Positions 61,771-64,000 of a stretch of DNA of 64,000 nt are shown piece after piece. The stretch is taken from assembly GCA_965223005.1 (NCBI GenBank), contig CBDCVK010000010.1, positions 1,312,001 to 1,376,000 of the forward strand, written 5' to 3'. How positions within the stretch are numbered: position 1 is the first letter of the stretch; every line of letters starts with the position of its first letter. Position numbers and translations under genes: made by a program. The notes below the pieces were generated by a model, which made no database searches, was not told the origin of the DNA, and saw only the letters and a program-made list of their open reading frames with translations. This DNA comes from Terriglobia bacterium. Lineage in GTDB: Bacteria > Acidobacteriota > Terriglobia > JAJPHL01 > JAPKYU01.

Positions 61771-63741
61771 CTATGGTTCTTTCTTGGATCCTTCTTTTTC
61801 GGACCCCTCCGGCGCATCCCCTTCCGTTGCATCTGGCTTCACGACCGGCTTCAACACTGGCTTCAACACCATTAAGGGAACCTCTCGAACCAGCGCGGGC
61901 GTGCCGATCTTCCCTTCCACAACAGGCCGGGCCATCACACGCAGCACCTGCGGGAGGCGCGTCAGCGGAGCGTCGGCGCTCGCCGCGAGCAGAATGATGG
62001 CTTTCTGACTCTTCGGCAAATACAGCTCTTTCGCACCGTCATTGAGTGGAGGTGGCGTCTCTTCTTCTACTTGGGTCGCGGTGGAAACACGGACTCCCGG
62101 CGGGAGATTCTCCACTTCCAGCGAGATGTCACCGGAGTAGCCTTCTTCCTGCTCGGTGATGACTGTGAGTTTTGCGGCCTCCCCGCGAGCCAGATTGATT
62201 CGGCTTTCCATTACATCGATCTTGCCCATGTGAGGGATCTGGGGCCGGATCAGGATTCGGTACCGAAAGCTGGAGCTACCGTTCCGCGCTGTCAGGTCCC
62301 TCACCTGAACGAGGTACTCTTCGTCGCCGCCGAACGAGTAGATCGTCTTTGGCTCGATTCGTTTGATCCAGTCATCGCCGTCGCCTGCGATCCACCGGTA
62401 AATGTTCGTCACCAGCTCCCGCTCCCCGTTTGCCTCCATCACTCTGATCTTCGGGTTGAAGACGGGCGGAGACGCATCCGGTGTCTCGATTTCGAAGGCC
62501 AGCTTCTGCGTTCCTGCCACGCGAATCTTGTAGAAATCAACGTCACCAGGGCGGTCAATGGCGCCTTCCAGCAGTGCCGGAACCCTCACTTCGATCGCCT
62601 GGCTGGGCGCATCGTTGGGTTCTTGCTCGGCCGCGCGAACAGCGGCGTCACTCGCAGATGCCGGATCTTCGCTCTGCGCCTTTGGCACATCTGGCCCAGT
62701 TGTCTGCGCGCCGGACGAAGTGCTTTCCCCCGCAGCCTTCTCGGCTTGCTGCGTCGGCACGGTTCGGGAGAGCAGCAACTCCGGACGACTTGGCTCCAGC
62801 TTTCGCTCGAAGGAGCGCTTGAAAACGTCCACCGCGAAGGATTCCTCCGGAAGGACGGGCGGAGCGTCCGCAGGGCCTGCCAGGAGCTGGTACGAGTATT
62901 GAGGACGGTAAATGTTGAGGAAGGAGCTCACGGCCAGCAAGTACCGGCCGGACTTCGGAAAACGGTAGCGAAGGACGCTCACTGGTTCCAGCGCGATCGG
63001 TGGGTAGACGACCGCGAGCCGTCGCCCGCGATTGGCGTCGAACCAGCTGCTGCCGGGTTCCTCCAGCGTGAGCTGCGGCCCAAATTGCCGGCCCGCTCCG
63101 AGGCCGTCTCCGCCGGAGCGCATCACAGCGACGAACCGAAGCTCCTGGCCTTCGTCAACCTCGAACGAGTAGTAGTCGAGCTGTCCTTCCTCGCTGATCC
63201 GCCCGGTGACCACCGCCGGCAGAGTCAGAGGCTGCGCGTCCGGCGGTGTACTGTGCGGGTTGCGTGTTTCGAGGACTACCGGCCTAGTATGGACAAAGAA
63301 GGAGAACTGGTTGGAAACACCCTTGGGAGACACCAGCCGTAGCGAGTGGCGCCCGGGCGGGGCGGCCGGGTCCACATTCACTTTCACCACAACCCGGTGG
63401 CCGCGGAGTCCCTTTTTCACTTCCGCTTCATCCTCGGGCGTTATTTTCAGCTTGATCTCTTCGACCGTTTCCACCTTCCCCGTCAGCAAGGGAGTGCTGA
63501 ACCAAACCGCATGAGTGCCCTCCAGAACCCGGCCTTGAAGCTCGACTTCGACACTTGATCCTTGCTGTGCTGCCGTCGGGAAGATAGAGAGCAACTCCGG
63601 GGTCTTGGGTCGGTCTTTCTCCTTCGCCTCCGCCGCGCCAAGCGGCACTTGGGCCACGAGCAGGCAACAGAAAAAAAGCGCCGGGATGGACGTACGCCTC
63701 CGCGGTGTTACGCTATGCACTGACGGTCGCGCTCTCTGCAT
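61771..63741 (-). CDS. Secreted pre-peptidase C (PPC)-like domain protein
   Basis: Signal-like segment, SIFP...QQGSSVEV, GRI...LDYYSF and EQEPND...GDVDFY; ATG 63741 after GAGGGG. Confidence 0.75.
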   Translation of the reverse strand: MQRARPSVHSVTPRRRTSIPALFFCCLLVAQVPLGAAEAKEKDRPKTPELLSIFPTAAQQGSSVEVELQGRVLEGTHAVWFSTPLLTGKVETVEEIKLKITPEDEAEVKKGLRGHRVVVKVNVDPAAPPGRHSLRLVSPKGVSNQFSFFVHTRPVVLETRNPHSTPPDAQPLTLPAVVTGRISEEGQLDYYSFEVDEGQELRFVAVMRSGGDGLGAGRQFGPQLTLEEPGSSWFDANRGRRLAVVYPPIALEPVSVLRYRFPKSGRYLLAVSSFLNIYRPQYSYQLLAGPADAPPVLPEESFAVDVFKRSFERKLEPSRPELLLSRTVPTQQAEKAAGESTSSGAQTTGPDVPKAQSEDPASASDAAVRAAEQEPNDAPSQAIEVRVPALLEGAIDRPGDVDFYKIRVAGTQKLAFEIETPDASPPVFNPKIRVMEANGERELVTNIYRWIAGDGDDWIKRIEPKTIYSFGGDEEYLVQVRDLTARNGSSSFRYRILIRPQIPHMGKIDVMESRINLARGEAAKLTVITEQEEGYSGDISLEVENLPPGVRVSTATQVEEETPPPLNDGAKELYLPKSQKAIILLAASADAPLTRLPQVLRVMARPVVEGKIGTPALVREVPLMVLKPVLKPVVKPDATEGDAPEGSEKEGSKKEP

Positions 63742-63847
63742 TTTCAGAAGCACCCCCTCAAATGAGCACCCCTGCCACTCTGTCGTCGGTAGCCTACGTG
63801 CAGGCCTATCTGCCTCCGGAGCATCCCACTTGATATGTTCTAACTTA

Positions 63848-63864
63848 TTGACTCTAAATGTCAA
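63848..63864. promoter_or_regulatory. TTGAC-N7-GTCAA palindrome overlapping a minus-strand TTGACA
   Basis: AT-rich patch upstream of the PPC/DUF1549/DUF1501 operon. Confidence 0.5.
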
Positions 63865-64000
63865 GGCATTTCAGGATGCGGCGCAGACGCACCCCGTTGG
63901 CGCCTTGAATCCGAGGCCGGGCTATGGAGCAAGAAGAGAGCGCCTACAGCAGGTATTTCAGGTCGGTCTGTTATCATTGACACTGTTTCTGCTCGACAAT

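Overview
GC-rich bacterial chromosome segment, most consistent with Acidobacteriota. The basis is the r-protein sequences, a Solibacter-type SBBP protein and a DUF1501/DUF1549-DUF1553 module; this is inferred, not searched. Bases 1-20.5 kb are one minus-strand translation supercluster: rplM-rpsI-rpsB-tsf-pyrH-frr, then rpsL-rpsG-fusA-tuf and the complete S10/spc genes to secY and a partial adk. The remainder is mixed housekeeping and accessory DNA: acnA, a GT2 plus MscS-like TM-helix pair, a NikR-regulated ECF Ni/Co transporter, a LolA-like/ABC cluster, DUF4139, GT4, YIP1, hydantoinase/oxoprolinase A and B, an orphan membrane protein, PP2C plus double-FHA, NUDIX, a LysW-like Zn ribbon, DAGK, an amber-interrupted SBBP propeller, dciA-like/gatC/gatA, maf, tatA, dacB, hemB, GGCT, a GAF-like/Fis-HTH regulator, ppa, msrB and a PPC/DUF1549-1553/DUF1501 module carrying a frameshift. 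I recognised no tRNA, rRNA, CRISPR array or transposase. Most notable observations: (1) EF-Tu with reciprocal N>S and S>N changes in its G4/G5 guanine-binding motifs; (2) many short tandem duplications at start/stop codons or in intergenic spacers; (3) a 37-bp copy of an internal hyuB motif forming the 3' end of the neighbouring orphan gene; (4) an apparent AUU start codon for nikR; (5) the uncharacterised exported PPC/DUF1549-1553/DUF1501 system. All family assignments come from motif recognition by eye.
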